A DNA stretch of 64,000 nt from Promethearchaeota archaeon (GTDB taxonomy: Archaea; Asgardarchaeota; Heimdallarchaeia; Hodarchaeales; Hodarchaeaceae). The notes beneath the pieces are model-generated. The model was not told the DNA's origin and did not search any database. It saw only the letters and a list, made by a program, of their open reading frames with translations. A program made the translations under genes and the position numbers. Numbering within the stretch: the stretch's first letter is position 1; each line of letters starts with the position of its first letter. The stretch is taken from NCBI GenBank assembly GCA_048938105.1, contig JBHLMN010000014.1:99062-163061 (forward strand), in the 5' to 3' direction. Positions 52,009 through 62,197 of this stretch are shown one piece after another.

Positions 52009-53331
52009 ATGATAGTTATGAACGGAGAAAGCATTTTTTTAATAGTTATTGTCTTAATAATTATATTCATAATTATTATCGCTTCGCGGAAAGGGTCTGA
52101 GAAGAATTTAAAAAAAGCATATGAATTAGAACAACAGGGGAGGCACCTTGACGCCCTTGATTATTATGCACGTAATTCATTAGAACAAGCAGCCAACCTG
52201 GTGTTACGAACACCTGAAGCATCACAAATTCTGGTTTTACGAAGGTTAGAAAAGAAATTTCCTCCTCAACAGATAGAAAGGGCCTTTCTCCGTTTAGCTC
52301 GTTCAAATATGAATAGAAATGAAGCTCACGCTGCTGCCTCTGCTTTTGTTTTAGCAAAAAAGCCATTTGCAGCTGCAAAAGTCTTCATTGATATTGGTGG
52401 TTTAGAGTATATTCCCGCCGCGATACAGATTATTGATAGGAATATTTCAATTATTCATAATCGTGATCAAGCTATTCGCAACTTAGCAAGACATGCTTAC
52501 AATAACAAGAAGTACATGGAAGCAGCTGAACTTTTACGAACTATTGGGGCAGATGAGGAAGCTAATACAGTTTTAATTGCAGCTGCAACAGAAATGCGCA
52601 AACAAGGGTTCGTTGAAGAAGCTAAACGCTATTTGACAACAATTGATAAGCCAATTATTGCAATAAAGCATTACTTGAAAGAGGTTCATGAAAATTTACA
52701 AGAGGGGAATATCGAAAAAATGCGAAGAGCTCTTACGATTACTAAGGATATTACCGAAAAACTCCCATCAGAGGAAAAACAACATCTTAAAGAAGAATTT
52801 GATCCTCTAACAAAAACAATAACAGAATATGACCGTCTTCTTAAGATTCTAGATTCAGCTCGCGATATATTACGGAAAAAAAATACAAATCAAGCAATAG
52901 CACTATATGATGAACTATTGGAAAGCCTTGGAGAAGAGGCGCCAACTCCCATCTTAGCTGAAGCTGCTTTAGCAAATGAAGAAAGCAATCCTCAGTATGC
53001 TTCTGAGTTATTTCAGAGGGCAGCCCAGAGAGCAAAATCCCCTCGTGCTGCAGAATCATTCAAAATGCGAGCTAAAAAGCTGGAAATCATGACTAAAGGA
53101 AGTTTTCCGTTTGCGAAAAAAACAGCAGTAGAAATTCTTGAAACAGAAGTAGAAGAGTTTTGTAGTGTTTGTCGTATGAAAATCTCTGATCCTTCGACTC
53201 TAATCCGATGTCCCAATTGTGGGTCTCCAGCTCACTATTCTCATCTTGCTGAATGGTTAAAGATACGTGGTGTTTGTCCTATTTGTAAAAAGAAAGTGAA
53301 GATCCAAAGACCAACAAAGGTAGCTTTTTAA
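52009..53331 (+). CDS. Membrane-anchored alpha-solenoid protein with C-terminal RING finger (E3 ligase-like)
   Basis: N-terminal TM, Ala-rich helical repeats, CSVC...CPNCGSPAHYSHLAEWL...CPICKK. Confidence 0.8.
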   Translation: MIVMNGESIFLIVIVLIIIFIIIIASRKGSEKNLKKAYELEQQGRHLDALDYYARNSLEQAANLVLRTPEASQILVLRRLEKKFPPQQIERAFLRLARSNMNRNEAHAAASAFVLAKKPFAAAKVFIDIGGLEYIPAAIQIIDRNISIIHNRDQAIRNLARHAYNNKKYMEAAELLRTIGADEEANTVLIAAATEMRKQGFVEEAKRYLTTIDKPIIAIKHYLKEVHENLQEGNIEKMRRALTITKDITEKLPSEEKQHLKEEFDPLTKTITEYDRLLKILDSARDILRKKNTNQAIALYDELLESLGEEAPTPILAEAALANEESNPQYASELFQRAAQRAKSPRAAESFKMRAKKLEIMTKGSFPFAKKTAVEILETEVEEFCSVCRMKISDPSTLIRCPNCGSPAHYSHLAEWLKIRGVCPICKKKVKIQRPTKVAF

Positions 53332-53386
53332 GAAAATTATCAGTAAAACAGGTTTTAAAGGATTAAAAAGGAGATTTATGAAGTAT

Positions 53387-54073
53387 TTAAGTCTTTCTCT
53401 CCTCTGATGAAGCATGGAATTTTCGAGCATATTGTAATCGCTGAAATGCTGATATATTCGACAGTACTCCAATAATTAATACTACAAGGGCTAAAATCCC
53501 AAAGTCTAGAGGCCAAACAGCTCCCACTTCCAAAATATTTTCATAAATCATAATCTCGGCCAGACAACCAATTGATAACAATGTCAATTTTTCTTTACGT
53601 TCAAAGATTCCAGTGGTGGAATCCATGCTTAAACCCCCACGTTTTTCAGCGGTTGATCTGATATAACTGGCAAGTATCATACCTTCAAAACAGAAAAAAA
53701 CCCATTCTGGATATACATATCCCCCAGCCATGATTCCAAACAAAAAGAAAAACTCAGAAACACGGTCTAATGTTCGATCCAGTAATGCACCAAAATGACC
53801 TGCTATCCCTTTTGCTCGGGCTAAACTACCATCCAACATATCCAATAATGACGAACATCCAAGAAGGAGTGTTCCAAGGAGCAATCCTAAACTTTTATTA
53901 GCATTGGGATAGGAACCTGAAGCATATGCAAGGCAGCTGAGTACACTTACACTTACACTCATAATGGAAATTGTATTTGGAGAAATCCCTGTTTTCGCAA
54001 GAAATCTTCCGAATGGGGCAAAAAATGCTTCATAACGTTTTCTTAATTTTTTAGAAGGCTGTGACTTCTCCAA
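53387..54073 (-). CDS. CDP-alcohol phosphatidyltransferase (archaetidylinositol phosphate synthase-like)
   Basis: ISPNTIS and DMLDGSLARAKG...FGALLDRTLDR. Confidence 0.9.
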   Translation of the reverse strand: MEKSQPSKKLRKRYEAFFAPFGRFLAKTGISPNTISIMSVSVSVLSCLAYASGSYPNANKSLGLLLGTLLLGCSSLLDMLDGSLARAKGIAGHFGALLDRTLDRVSEFFFLFGIMAGGYVYPEWVFFCFEGMILASYIRSTAEKRGGLSMDSTTGIFERKEKLTLLSIGCLAEIMIYENILEVGAVWPLDFGILALVVLIIGVLSNISAFQRLQYARKFHASSEERKT

Positions 54074-54231
54074 CCTTTTAACACATTCCAGATTTATACT
54101 TTAAAAGCGGTTAAAGCGTAATAGGTCCACATGATAAATTTTTTGAAGAAAAATTTGAGATTTTTTTTTTTTTACGTTTTATGTTATGGACAAAGCGTAT
54201 TAATCAAATATCCCAATCAAGTTATTAACTA

Positions 54232-55143
54232 GTGAGTTTTCCTCTTTATTTTATTAAATATTTTTTTCTCGAAATAATTGATATAGGAAGAAACTATGTG
54301 GAAATCATTGAGAAACGATTAAAAAAGATCATTGGAGCACATCGTAATTCTGTTGGTCTCCTTTACAGTGGAGGACTCGATTCATCTATTATTGCTAAGA
54401 TAATGACAATATTGATACCCCCATCTTCTATCATCGTTGTTAGTGTTGGTTTACGAGACAGTATTGATCTGAATAACGCAATTCTTGGTGCTGAAATTTT
54501 AGGTATTGATTTGAACATCTGTTTTCTTACAGAAGAGCGAGTACTGGAAACAACGGAAATTTTAAAGCAGATAAATATAATAAATCATCCAGTTGCTCTT
54601 TCAATTGCGATTCCAATATTCTTAGGAATGCAAACATTAGCTAATAAGCTAAATGTTAAAACTGTATTGTTAGGTCAGGGAGCTGATGAACTATTCGGAG
54701 GTTACCAGAGATATGTACAGCTTTATGAGAAAAAAGGTCTTGATGCAATAAAAAAGGCAATGACTGGTGACCTACGTGCATTGCAAGAAGATCAAATTAT
54801 CAGGGAACAAAAAATGGCTCAATTTTTCGGATTGAATCTGATTTATCCATTTTTAGATCCTAAAATTATAAAACGAGCGAATTCTTATCCTATATCAAAT
54901 CACATCTCTTATACACCCCAAGAAAAAGTCATCCGAAAGGTTTTATTACGCAATTTGGGAAAGAAATTAGATTTACCAGAAATAATAGTTGAAAGGCCGA
55001 AAAAAGCTATCCAATATGGATCAGGAACCATAAAATTACTCAAAAAAATAGCTAAATCTAATAACTATAGGAATATTGCAGATTGGTTTCAAGCATATTT
55101 TCAACAAAATAATACTTCTTTGAATCAAATTGAGAAGATTTAA
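54232..55143 (+). CDS. Asparagine synthase C-terminal domain protein (no glutaminase domain)
   Basis: YSGGLDSS, GQGADELFGGY, PFLD, RPKKAIQYGSG. Confidence 0.85.
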   Translation: MSFPLYFIKYFFLEIIDIGRNYVEIIEKRLKKIIGAHRNSVGLLYSGGLDSSIIAKIMTILIPPSSIIVVSVGLRDSIDLNNAILGAEILGIDLNICFLTEERVLETTEILKQINIINHPVALSIAIPIFLGMQTLANKLNVKTVLLGQGADELFGGYQRYVQLYEKKGLDAIKKAMTGDLRALQEDQIIREQKMAQFFGLNLIYPFLDPKIIKRANSYPISNHISYTPQEKVIRKVLLRNLGKKLDLPEIIVERPKKAIQYGSGTIKLLKKIAKSNNYRNIADWFQAYFQQNNTSLNQIEKI

Positions 55144-55165
55144 TCCACCAATTTACAGTAGAAGA

Positions 55166-56239
55166 TTAATCTTTTCTCTTCAGGACAGTAACAGATTTAT
55201 CTGGATCTATTTGTACAATTAAATCGCGTATTGGATTTATCAAAATGTATGATCTTTTTGGAAGGGCCTCCAAACAGTCAGAAATCTCCTTTTCAGTATA
55301 ACGGATCGAAAAGTGGATTGGAATCAAAGCTTTTAAATTTGATAATTTATTCGCCTCCTCTATTAATGATTTGATATCTGAATGAGAATCAAGGTGATAT
55401 CCTTCCTCTTTGCTAAGATAAGTTGATTCGTGTATTAATACTTGACTATCGTCAAAGAATGGGAAAAGCCCTGAATCCACATGAGTGTCGCCAGAATAAC
55501 ATAGAATGGTGCTTATTTCGAAAAAAATGTCAGAACGGGATATCTCCTGAGTTCCAATTTGAATAGGGTTATAGCTTTTTTCGATTTGTTTTAGAGTTTT
55601 ATTGAATGGAATACCCAATTTTTTAGCTTTCTCAACATTTAATTTTGTTGTTTTGAATTCCAGTTTATAAGAATGAGAACCGAAGGTAAAATGGCTATTT
55701 TTTTTAGTCGATAAGAAATATCCAGAATCTAATGAAATTGTTTCGCCATCATCAATGGCTATGATTCGTAAAACAGTTCTAACAGATTCTCCCACTTCTA
55801 TTGTGAGTAAACGATAAAAAAATTCGTCATCTGGGAGTACAATATCCATATGTGTGTTGTTGAACACTTTTTTCATACGCTGTTGAAAAGGAATTGTTGA
55901 ATATTTGGGGATAATAATGATTAAGGGTTCTGCTATCCTTTTTTCACTTTCCAATAACATTATACGATGAATAATGTGTGCTACTCCTCCCCAATGATCA
56001 AAATGGAGATGTGATAGGATTATATGAGAAATTTTTCCGAAAGTCGGTTTTCCTAGTGCCGTAAGTCGAGTATTGGAGGACAAATTTGGTAGCGTTAACC
56101 AAGATTCTTGGAATCTGTGAAACGCCTGTACTATTTCAGAAGGACATTCGAATAAGAATCGGTTGTCAACAAGGAACGAGACCGTTGCAACCTCGGCTGT
56201 TGGTACTGTACCTCTTGAGCCAATCAGTCCGAGAATCAT
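55166..56239 (-). CDS. rnz: Ribonuclease Z-like MBL nuclease
   Basis: GSRGTVPT, LSHLHFDHWGG, exosite KLGIP, YSGDT, IHEST, HS, IHFSIRY. Confidence 0.85.
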   Translation of the reverse strand: MILGLIGSRGTVPTAEVATVSFLVDNRFLFECPSEIVQAFHRFQESWLTLPNLSSNTRLTALGKPTFGKISHIILSHLHFDHWGGVAHIIHRIMLLESEKRIAEPLIIIIPKYSTIPFQQRMKKVFNNTHMDIVLPDDEFFYRLLTIEVGESVRTVLRIIAIDDGETISLDSGYFLSTKKNSHFTFGSHSYKLEFKTTKLNVEKAKKLGIPFNKTLKQIEKSYNPIQIGTQEISRSDIFFEISTILCYSGDTHVDSGLFPFFDDSQVLIHESTYLSKEEGYHLDSHSDIKSLIEEANKLSNLKALIPIHFSIRYTEKEISDCLEALPKRSYILINPIRDLIVQIDPDKSVTVLKRKD

Positions 56240-56572
56240 TTAGTATTTCTCCATATATGTTTATTAAATAGCCTAGGGTTTCTATTTTATACTATGATTA
56301 GTTAAATCTCGATTATCCGATTAATCAGGTTGATAAACCGTTTAGTTGAATTTTGATATTCTCATTCCAGATATTAAAAGATAGAATTTCTTTGATACTT
56401 TAATATATTAGAAAATTCTTAATTATTTAAGCAAAGGAGAATTAAATTAGTAAAAATTACTGTTTACAATTAAAGATCTTTGACATATTAATGCTTTCAG
56501 AATGTTGTTGAGATCTCCCTCAAAGATAAAAAATAAGGTAAAATGATTAATCTAATTTAATTATCTGAAAAT

Positions 56573-56641
56573 TTACCGTGTTCTCCGGCGTTCTTTTCGT
56601 TTCCTTTTCCTTAAGCGCTTCTTTTTCCATTTATTACGCAT
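56573..56641 (-). CDS. rpl41e: Ribosomal protein eL41 (eS32), 22 aa, absent from the ORF track
   Basis: MRNKWKKKRLRKRKRKERRRTR, compared with eukaryotic MRAKWRKKRMRRLKRKRR; ATG 7 nt after the trx stop. Confidence 0.85.
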   Translation of the reverse strand: MRNKWKKKRLRKRKRKERRRTR

Positions 56642-56647
56642 AATTAC

Positions 56648-57085
56648 TCACTCTGCATTTTGGATCCTATAAAGAATTTCCTCAATCCAAGCTTTGAATT
56701 TTACTCTTGGAATTACCCCGGTACGTTGATTTATTCTCCTTCCAGTATTGAATACCATAAATGTAGGTACAGAAAAGATTCTGTATTTCGCAGCAGCTTG
56801 TGGATTGTGATCAGTGTTGATTTTTACAAAAAGAACACGATTTATAAATTCATGGCTCAATTGCTCATAAACGGGACCCATGACTTGACAAGGTTTACAC
56901 CAGGCATCAGCGGAAAAGTCTACTAGGACAGGTAGAGGAGATGATCGAATGATTTCATCAATATTATCATCAGTTATAATCGTGACACCATTACGATTGA
57001 CCTTATCAAAAAATGCTGCTTTTTCATGTAAAGAGGCCGCTTTTTTTCTAAGAATCGCTTGAAGTTCAGGATCAGGATCAGTCAT
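56648..57085 (-). CDS. trxA: Thioredoxin
   Basis: VLVDFSADAWCKPCQ and SVPTF. Confidence 0.92.
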   Translation of the reverse strand: MTDPDPELQAILRKKAASLHEKAAFFDKVNRNGVTIITDDNIDEIIRSSPLPVLVDFSADAWCKPCQVMGPVYEQLSHEFINRVLFVKINTDHNPQAAAKYRIFSVPTFMVFNTGRRINQRTGVIPRVKFKAWIEEILYRIQNAE

Positions 57086-57542
57086 TTATTGAATTCATTC
57101 TCCTAATGTGCCGCGAATGACCCAAATTAGTTAGAACATTCAGTTTTACCCAAGAGGAGGAAGTTTTAAAAAGATTTCATCTCCCTTAAAATGGGGAAGT
57201 AGTGTCTTTACAGACTTCAACTAAAAAATGTTCACTATGAAAGTTTTTAATTGCCAAAGTCAAAGAATTGATAAAGGTGACTTTGCTTAAGTGCTTAAAA
57301 GTCAACAGATAAAAAATTGCTTGATAGTATGTGTTTATTTATAAAAAGATGAAATAACACCTGAAAGGTTCAATTCTTTAATTATTGTCAATCTGATAAC
57401 ATTAGAAGTTTTGAGACAGTAGGAAAAATATCAGTTCTCTTAATAAGTTAAAATCTCACAATAAACTTGAAAGATTCTAAAAAAAACCAAAATATTTGCA
57501 CGAGAGTTTTTTCACACGAATTTACTCAATGGAGGAATCGTT

Positions 57543-58400
57543 ATAACAAAAGTATTAATCGGAATACCACTATATAATGAACAAGCATACCTTTCAAAGT
57601 GTATTAGTTCTCTTTATGAATTCATTAACCGAGAATGTCAAAATTATAATATTTCTGTATTTTTGGTAGATGATGGAAGCACTGATCGTTCGCAAGAAAT
57701 ATATGAAAAACTAACTAAGACTTATCCATTCAGTTATAAACGTCACAGTAGTGGTCCTCTTGGTTATGGCAGAACTATTCTCACCCTATTTCAGGAATCA
57801 AGAAAAAATTTTGATATTCTAATCACGTTCGATGCAGATCTCCAACATGCTCCTTTTAGCATTAAAGAGATAATTATAACTTGTGAAACTTACCCTGAGA
57901 TTGACTTAGTCTCTACAAGCCGCTATCTTTCATATCGTTTTTGTAAGCAAAATACAAAAACACCAGTGGATCGTTATATTACAAATATGTTGGTTACAAG
58001 TACAATCAATAAATGCTTTAAGCTTAATCTTACTGATAGTTTTTGTGGATTAAAGGGTTATAGGACTAATAAACTCCCAACCAATCTAGATGAAACTGGG
58101 TATGCATTTCCTATCGTTTTTTGGCATTATGTATCAAATAACAAACTAACTTTCCAAGAAATTGATACCCCAATAATCTATAGATTAGATCGACGGACAC
58201 GAGGGGAGTGGAAACATAGAATGAGGGAATATTACTTTAGAATAGAATCATTGGTTTCTCTATCAGAACTTAAACAATTAGTTCGTCAAGATTATGAGTA
58301 TGGAATAGAAAGAATGACCGAAATGATTTCTTATTTTAACAATCATCCTATAAAAATTTACCAAGATTTTATCAACATTAATTGGGAAAATAAAATTTAA
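57543..58400 (+). CDS. GT2 glycosyltransferase (dolichol-phosphate hexosyltransferase-like); probable ATA start
   Basis: Frame extends upstream of the track ORF: ITKVLIGIPLYNE...VDDGSTD...GYG...TFDADLQH...TDSFCGLK. Confidence 0.85.
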   Translation: MTKVLIGIPLYNEQAYLSKCISSLYEFINRECQNYNISVFLVDDGSTDRSQEIYEKLTKTYPFSYKRHSSGPLGYGRTILTLFQESRKNFDILITFDADLQHAPFSIKEIIITCETYPEIDLVSTSRYLSYRFCKQNTKTPVDRYITNMLVTSTINKCFKLNLTDSFCGLKGYRTNKLPTNLDETGYAFPIVFWHYVSNNKLTFQEIDTPIIYRLDRRTRGEWKHRMREYYFRIESLVSLSELKQLVRQDYEYGIERMTEMISYFNNHPIKIYQDFININWENKI

Positions 58401-58520
58401 TTCACTCAAAAAACAAGTAAACATTGAGTCCTAAGTGGCTGTATATTGAGGATCAAATCATCTTAGCTGGAAATTATAATTTCTATATTATTTTCGAAAA
58501 TAAATTCAAAGAAAATGTGA

Positions 58521-58626
58521 AGCCGCTGGTGGGACTTGAACCCACGACCAACAGATGTCTTGAGTTTTCTTTTTAATAGAGGATAACTTTACGAGTCTGT
58601 CGCTCTACCAACTAAGCCACAGCGGC
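58521..58626 (-). tRNA. tRNA-Thr(CGT) with 33-nt intron at 37/38 (58557-58589)
   Basis: GCCGCTG/CAGCGGC acceptor stem, ACAGA-CT CGT A^A-TCTGT, BHB at the junction. Confidence 0.92.
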
Positions 58627-58916
58627 TTATTGTAATATTTTTTTAAAAGCTTTTAACTCTAGCGGCTTGGACTCTTAATACGCATAATTAGAGGAGAGTC
58701 TCATTATTAAGTTTTTTTAGAAGTTTTTCTGAGTGGTCTTAATACTTTGACGTTTTTGCGCGAGGGAACTTATTTGAGTTATTATCAAAAGAGGCTAAAA
58801 CCGAATTAAAGCAGAAATAATAGCATTATTCCTTTAATGCACACTTTTCCAAGTGTTTTTTGCTTAATTTTAACAAATTCTTAGCAAAGATGGAGCCCCT
58901 ATAGAAGGAATCAGAG

Positions 58917-59195
58917 ATGGCCGCGATAGAAGTTGGTAGAGTTATTGTGAAGACCGCTGGTCGCGAGGCGCTAATGAAAGCAATTATTGTAGATTTGGTT
59001 GATCAGAACTTTGCTTTGATATCTGGAGCAGGAATTTCTCCAGTCAAAAGGCGTCGGTGTAATATCAAACATCTTCGTCCTTTAGATCTAAGCGTCTCTA
59101 TAAAGCGTGGAGCTAAAGATGAAGACATTGCAAAAGCAATTGATAAAGCTAACATTGTGAACGAGATAAAAACTCCATTGAAAATTGCTCTTTAA
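58917..59195 (+). CDS. rpl14e: 50S ribosomal protein L14e
   Basis: IEVGRVIVKTAGREA...VKRRRCNIKHL. Confidence 0.95.
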   Translation: MAAIEVGRVIVKTAGREALMKAIIVDLVDQNFALISGAGISPVKRRRCNIKHLRPLDLSVSIKRGAKDEDIAKAIDKANIVNEIKTPLKIAL

Positions 59196-59235
59196 TAGAT
59201 CATTCTGATGGTTGTGTATGATAGGTGAGGGTGAA

Positions 59236-60222
59236 ATGGTTAAAAACATCCTCAAAGTTTTTGATAAAGTTTCAAATTATATCACTGACAGTGAAGTTGG
59301 AAAAATCCCTCAACACAGAAGCATAGCAGAACTTTTAGATCTTGGCATAATTAATCTTGACAAACCTGCTAATCCTACCTCACATGAAGTAACAGCATGG
59401 GTTAAACAAATCCTAGGAATTAAAAAAGCTGGACACGGAGGAACGCTAGACCCTGCTGTAACAGGGTGTCTACCAATTGCTTTAGGTCGGGCAACACGCG
59501 CGTTACGTATTTTACTTTCTTCAGGAAAAACATACATTTGTGTTATGAAATCTCACGCTCCTGTATCTAGAGAAGAACTTCTATCTATTCTTGATAATTT
59601 TAAAGGCAAAATATATCAAACACCGCCCTTGAGGAGTAACATCAAACGAAAACTTCGTGTTAGGAAGATCTATGATTTACAGATGCTAGATCATTATCCT
59701 GATTCTCAGTTATCTTTACTTCGGATAAGTTGTGAGGCTGGAACCTATATTCGGAAGCTTATTCATGATATTGGACTTCTTATGGGAATAGGAGCACATA
59801 TGCAGGAATTACGGAGAGTAAGAACAGGCCCATTCTCTGAGGAAACCTGCGTTACGCTTCAAGATTTACGTGATGCTTGGTACTATTATGAAATGGAAGG
59901 GAATGAAACGGTCATTAGAAAAATAATTCAACCGATTGAATCAATTTGTCAAAATATACCCAAGTTATTCATACGTGATTCTGCGGTTGATGCGATATGT
60001 CATGGTGCAGCTTTGACTCTTCCTGGAGTTGTACAAGTAACTGAAGGTATTGAACCAAATTCTCTTGTTGCAATCCTTACAATGAAAAAAGAACTTGTAG
60101 CTTTAGGTCAAAGTATATTATCTACGAAGAGGATTCTAGCAGAATCAAATGGAATCTGCGCACGCACTAGTACTGTCTTTATGGAAAAGAAAACCTATCC
60201 CTCAATGTGGAAGATTTCATAA
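59236..60222 (+). CDS. cbf5: H/ACA pseudouridine synthase Cbf5
   Basis: DKPANPTSHEV, GHGGTLDP, YQTPP, CEAGTYIRKL, PUA domain. Confidence 0.96.
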   Translation: MVKNILKVFDKVSNYITDSEVGKIPQHRSIAELLDLGIINLDKPANPTSHEVTAWVKQILGIKKAGHGGTLDPAVTGCLPIALGRATRALRILLSSGKTYICVMKSHAPVSREELLSILDNFKGKIYQTPPLRSNIKRKLRVRKIYDLQMLDHYPDSQLSLLRISCEAGTYIRKLIHDIGLLMGIGAHMQELRRVRTGPFSEETCVTLQDLRDAWYYYEMEGNETVIRKIIQPIESICQNIPKLFIRDSAVDAICHGAALTLPGVVQVTEGIEPNSLVAILTMKKELVALGQSILSTKRILAESNGICARTSTVFMEKKTYPSMWKIS

Positions 60223-60398
60223 AGGAGCTAGTATGAAATCTAGGAGTCATTCATGGGATAAATTGTTAAGAAAACTGATCATTTACTTTTTAGTGAACAT
60301 ATAATATTGAATGAGATTTTTTGAATTAGAATATGACCAGAAGACCTTAAGTAATTGATATTAATTAATAGTAGGGAAAGAAGTTTGAGAAACAAACA

Positions 60399-60800
60399 TT
60401 AAACACGGCGACCACGTCGCCCTCCACGTGCCCTCGTACTGTCATGAGGAATAGGTGTGACTTCCTCAATCCTTGTAATCTGTAATCCAGAGCGTGCGAT
60501 AGCTCGAATTGCAGCTTGAGCACCTGGACCTGGATTACGTGCGCCAGAACCTCCAGGGGCACGAACCCTGACGACTATTTTTTGAATTCCTCTTTCTTTT
60601 GCAACACGTGCGATTGTGTGTCCAACTTTCATTGCTGCGTAGGGAGATGACTGATTTCTATCAGCTCTGACCACTTGTCCTCCTGATGACTTGGTAATTG
60701 TTTCTGCACCAGTCATATCAGTGAGTGTAATGATGGTATTGTTGTATGAGCTTAAAATATGAGCAACTGCCATAACAGGGCTTTGATTTCGTTTTGACAT
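60399..60800 (-). CDS. rps11: 30S ribosomal protein S11
   Basis: [43 protein letters not shown]. Confidence 0.97.
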   Translation of the reverse strand: MSKRNQSPVMAVAHILSSYNNTIITLTDMTGAETITKSSGGQVVRADRNQSSPYAAMKVGHTIARVAKERGIQKIVVRVRAPGGSGARNPGPGAQAAIRAIARSGLQITRIEEVTPIPHDSTRARGGRRGRRV

Positions 60801-60810
60801 ATCTTTCACA

Positions 60811-61374
60811 TTATTCTTCCAATGAAGCACGGTTAGAAGTAGCTGGAGAACTAGATGAGGGGACAGTAAGAGCAGGGTGAGTCGGATCGTTGTATGAGGA
60901 ACTGGGTGAGTACTTTACTTCTTCCTCCTCTCCACGGTTTACATGATAACTTGGTGAAGTTACCTTCTTCCCACTAATAGCTATATGTCCATGAGTAATC
61001 ATCTGTCGAGCTTGCCAAGGAGATTTTGCTAGCCCAAGCTCGTGAACAATTGACTGGAGGCGTCTTTTAAGGAACTGTTCAATCGTTAGGGATAAAACTT
61101 CATCAATTAAGCCTTCTTCATTGGGCATTACACCCATACGATAAAGTTTTCTCACTAGAATGAGGCGTTCCTCCTCACGTTGATGCTCAGGAAGAGCTAA
61201 AGAAGCTCGAGCTCTGGCTCGAAAATTCCGAAGGATTGTTTGGGCTTTCCAAATCTCTTTTTTATTTCTAAGGCCAAAATTACCAATATAACTCATCTCC
61301 TCCTCAATTCGGGTCTTGTTGAAAGGATGTCGTGGTCCTACAAGTTTCTTTCTTAATCTACGCGGATCACCCAT
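60811..61374 (-). CDS. rps4: 30S ribosomal protein S4
   Basis: [33 protein letters not shown]; ATG at 61374. Confidence 0.96.
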   Translation of the reverse strand: MGDPRRLRKKLVGPRHPFNKTRIEEEMSYIGNFGLRNKKEIWKAQTILRNFRARARASLALPEHQREEERLILVRKLYRMGVMPNEEGLIDEVLSLTIEQFLKRRLQSIVHELGLAKSPWQARQMITHGHIAISGKKVTSPSYHVNRGEEEEVKYSPSSSYNDPTHPALTVPSSSSPATSNRASLEE

Positions 61375-61384
61375 GCTACAATCC

Positions 61385-61837
61385 TCATTTCTTGATGAAC
61401 TTCTTTTTTGATACACCAATGGTCGCTCCACCACGACCCGATGTTTTAGTACGTTGCCCACGGACAGGTAAACCTAGATAATGGCGAATTCCTCTATATG
61501 AACGGGTTTTCTTTTCACGTTCAATATCAATTCGAAGAGTATCAATCAAATCACTACTGATGATGTGAATATCCTCACCAGAAACAAGATCTTTTTGACG
61601 ATTTAACATCCAGGACGGTATCCCAAATGCTAAGCAGTTCATTAAAATATCCTCAATTAGTTGAATTTCTTCATCTGTTAAGAAACCACATCGCATTTCA
61701 GGGTCAAGATCGGCTTTCTCACAGACTTGGGATGCTAATCGGTATCCAACGCCTCTTATTTGGGTGAGGGCATGACTTAACTGCCAATCACCTCGGCAGT
61801 CGGCTCCTGCAATTCTCAATTGATGATTATATTCCAT
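61385..61837 (-). CDS. rps13: 30S ribosomal protein S13
   Basis: ALTQIRGVG, PSWMLNRQKD, YRGIRHYLGLPVRGQRTKT. Confidence 0.97.
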   Translation of the reverse strand: MEYNHQLRIAGADCRGDWQLSHALTQIRGVGYRLASQVCEKADLDPEMRCGFLTDEEIQLIEDILMNCLAFGIPSWMLNRQKDLVSGEDIHIISSDLIDTLRIDIEREKKTRSYRGIRHYLGLPVRGQRTKTSGRGGATIGVSKKKFIKK

Positions 61838-62029
61838 ACTGAGTTCCTACTTGGATTTATCACATGAAATATGCATTAAATATGTAATGATGATTAATGT
61901 TTTGAATATTGATATTCTACTCTTGTCATTAGGGAGTTTCGAGGGGCTATATTATCTTTTGTAGTTGTAATGATATAAAACAATCTTATTCATGGAGGAA
62001 CGAAAGCCAGTATTCAATAAAAAAAAATG

Positions 62030-62146
62030 CGCCGAGGGAGAGATTTGAACTCTCGAGCTCAAAGAGCACATGCTACCTGGAGTAGAGAAAAATTTCTTTC
62101 ATCAGAATTTCCAGGCATGCTTCCTACCGGACTAGAATACCTAAGA
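62030..62146 (-). pseudogene. tRNA-Ser(GGA) copy with 34-nt intron and defective 5' acceptor strand
   Basis: Near-identical to 62198-62315, but the 5' strand TCTTAGG does not fully pair with the 3' strand CCTCGGC. Confidence 0.75.
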
Positions 62147-62197
62147 AACTCTAACTAATTAAAAACTAGTAAATTATCCCTTTAATATTAGAAGAAA

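Noticed and set aside
57255-57285. CAAAGTCA/TGACTTTG inverted repeat between trxA and the GT2 gene
   Set aside because: Single occurrence in AT-rich DNA with no linked regulator; insufficient evidence
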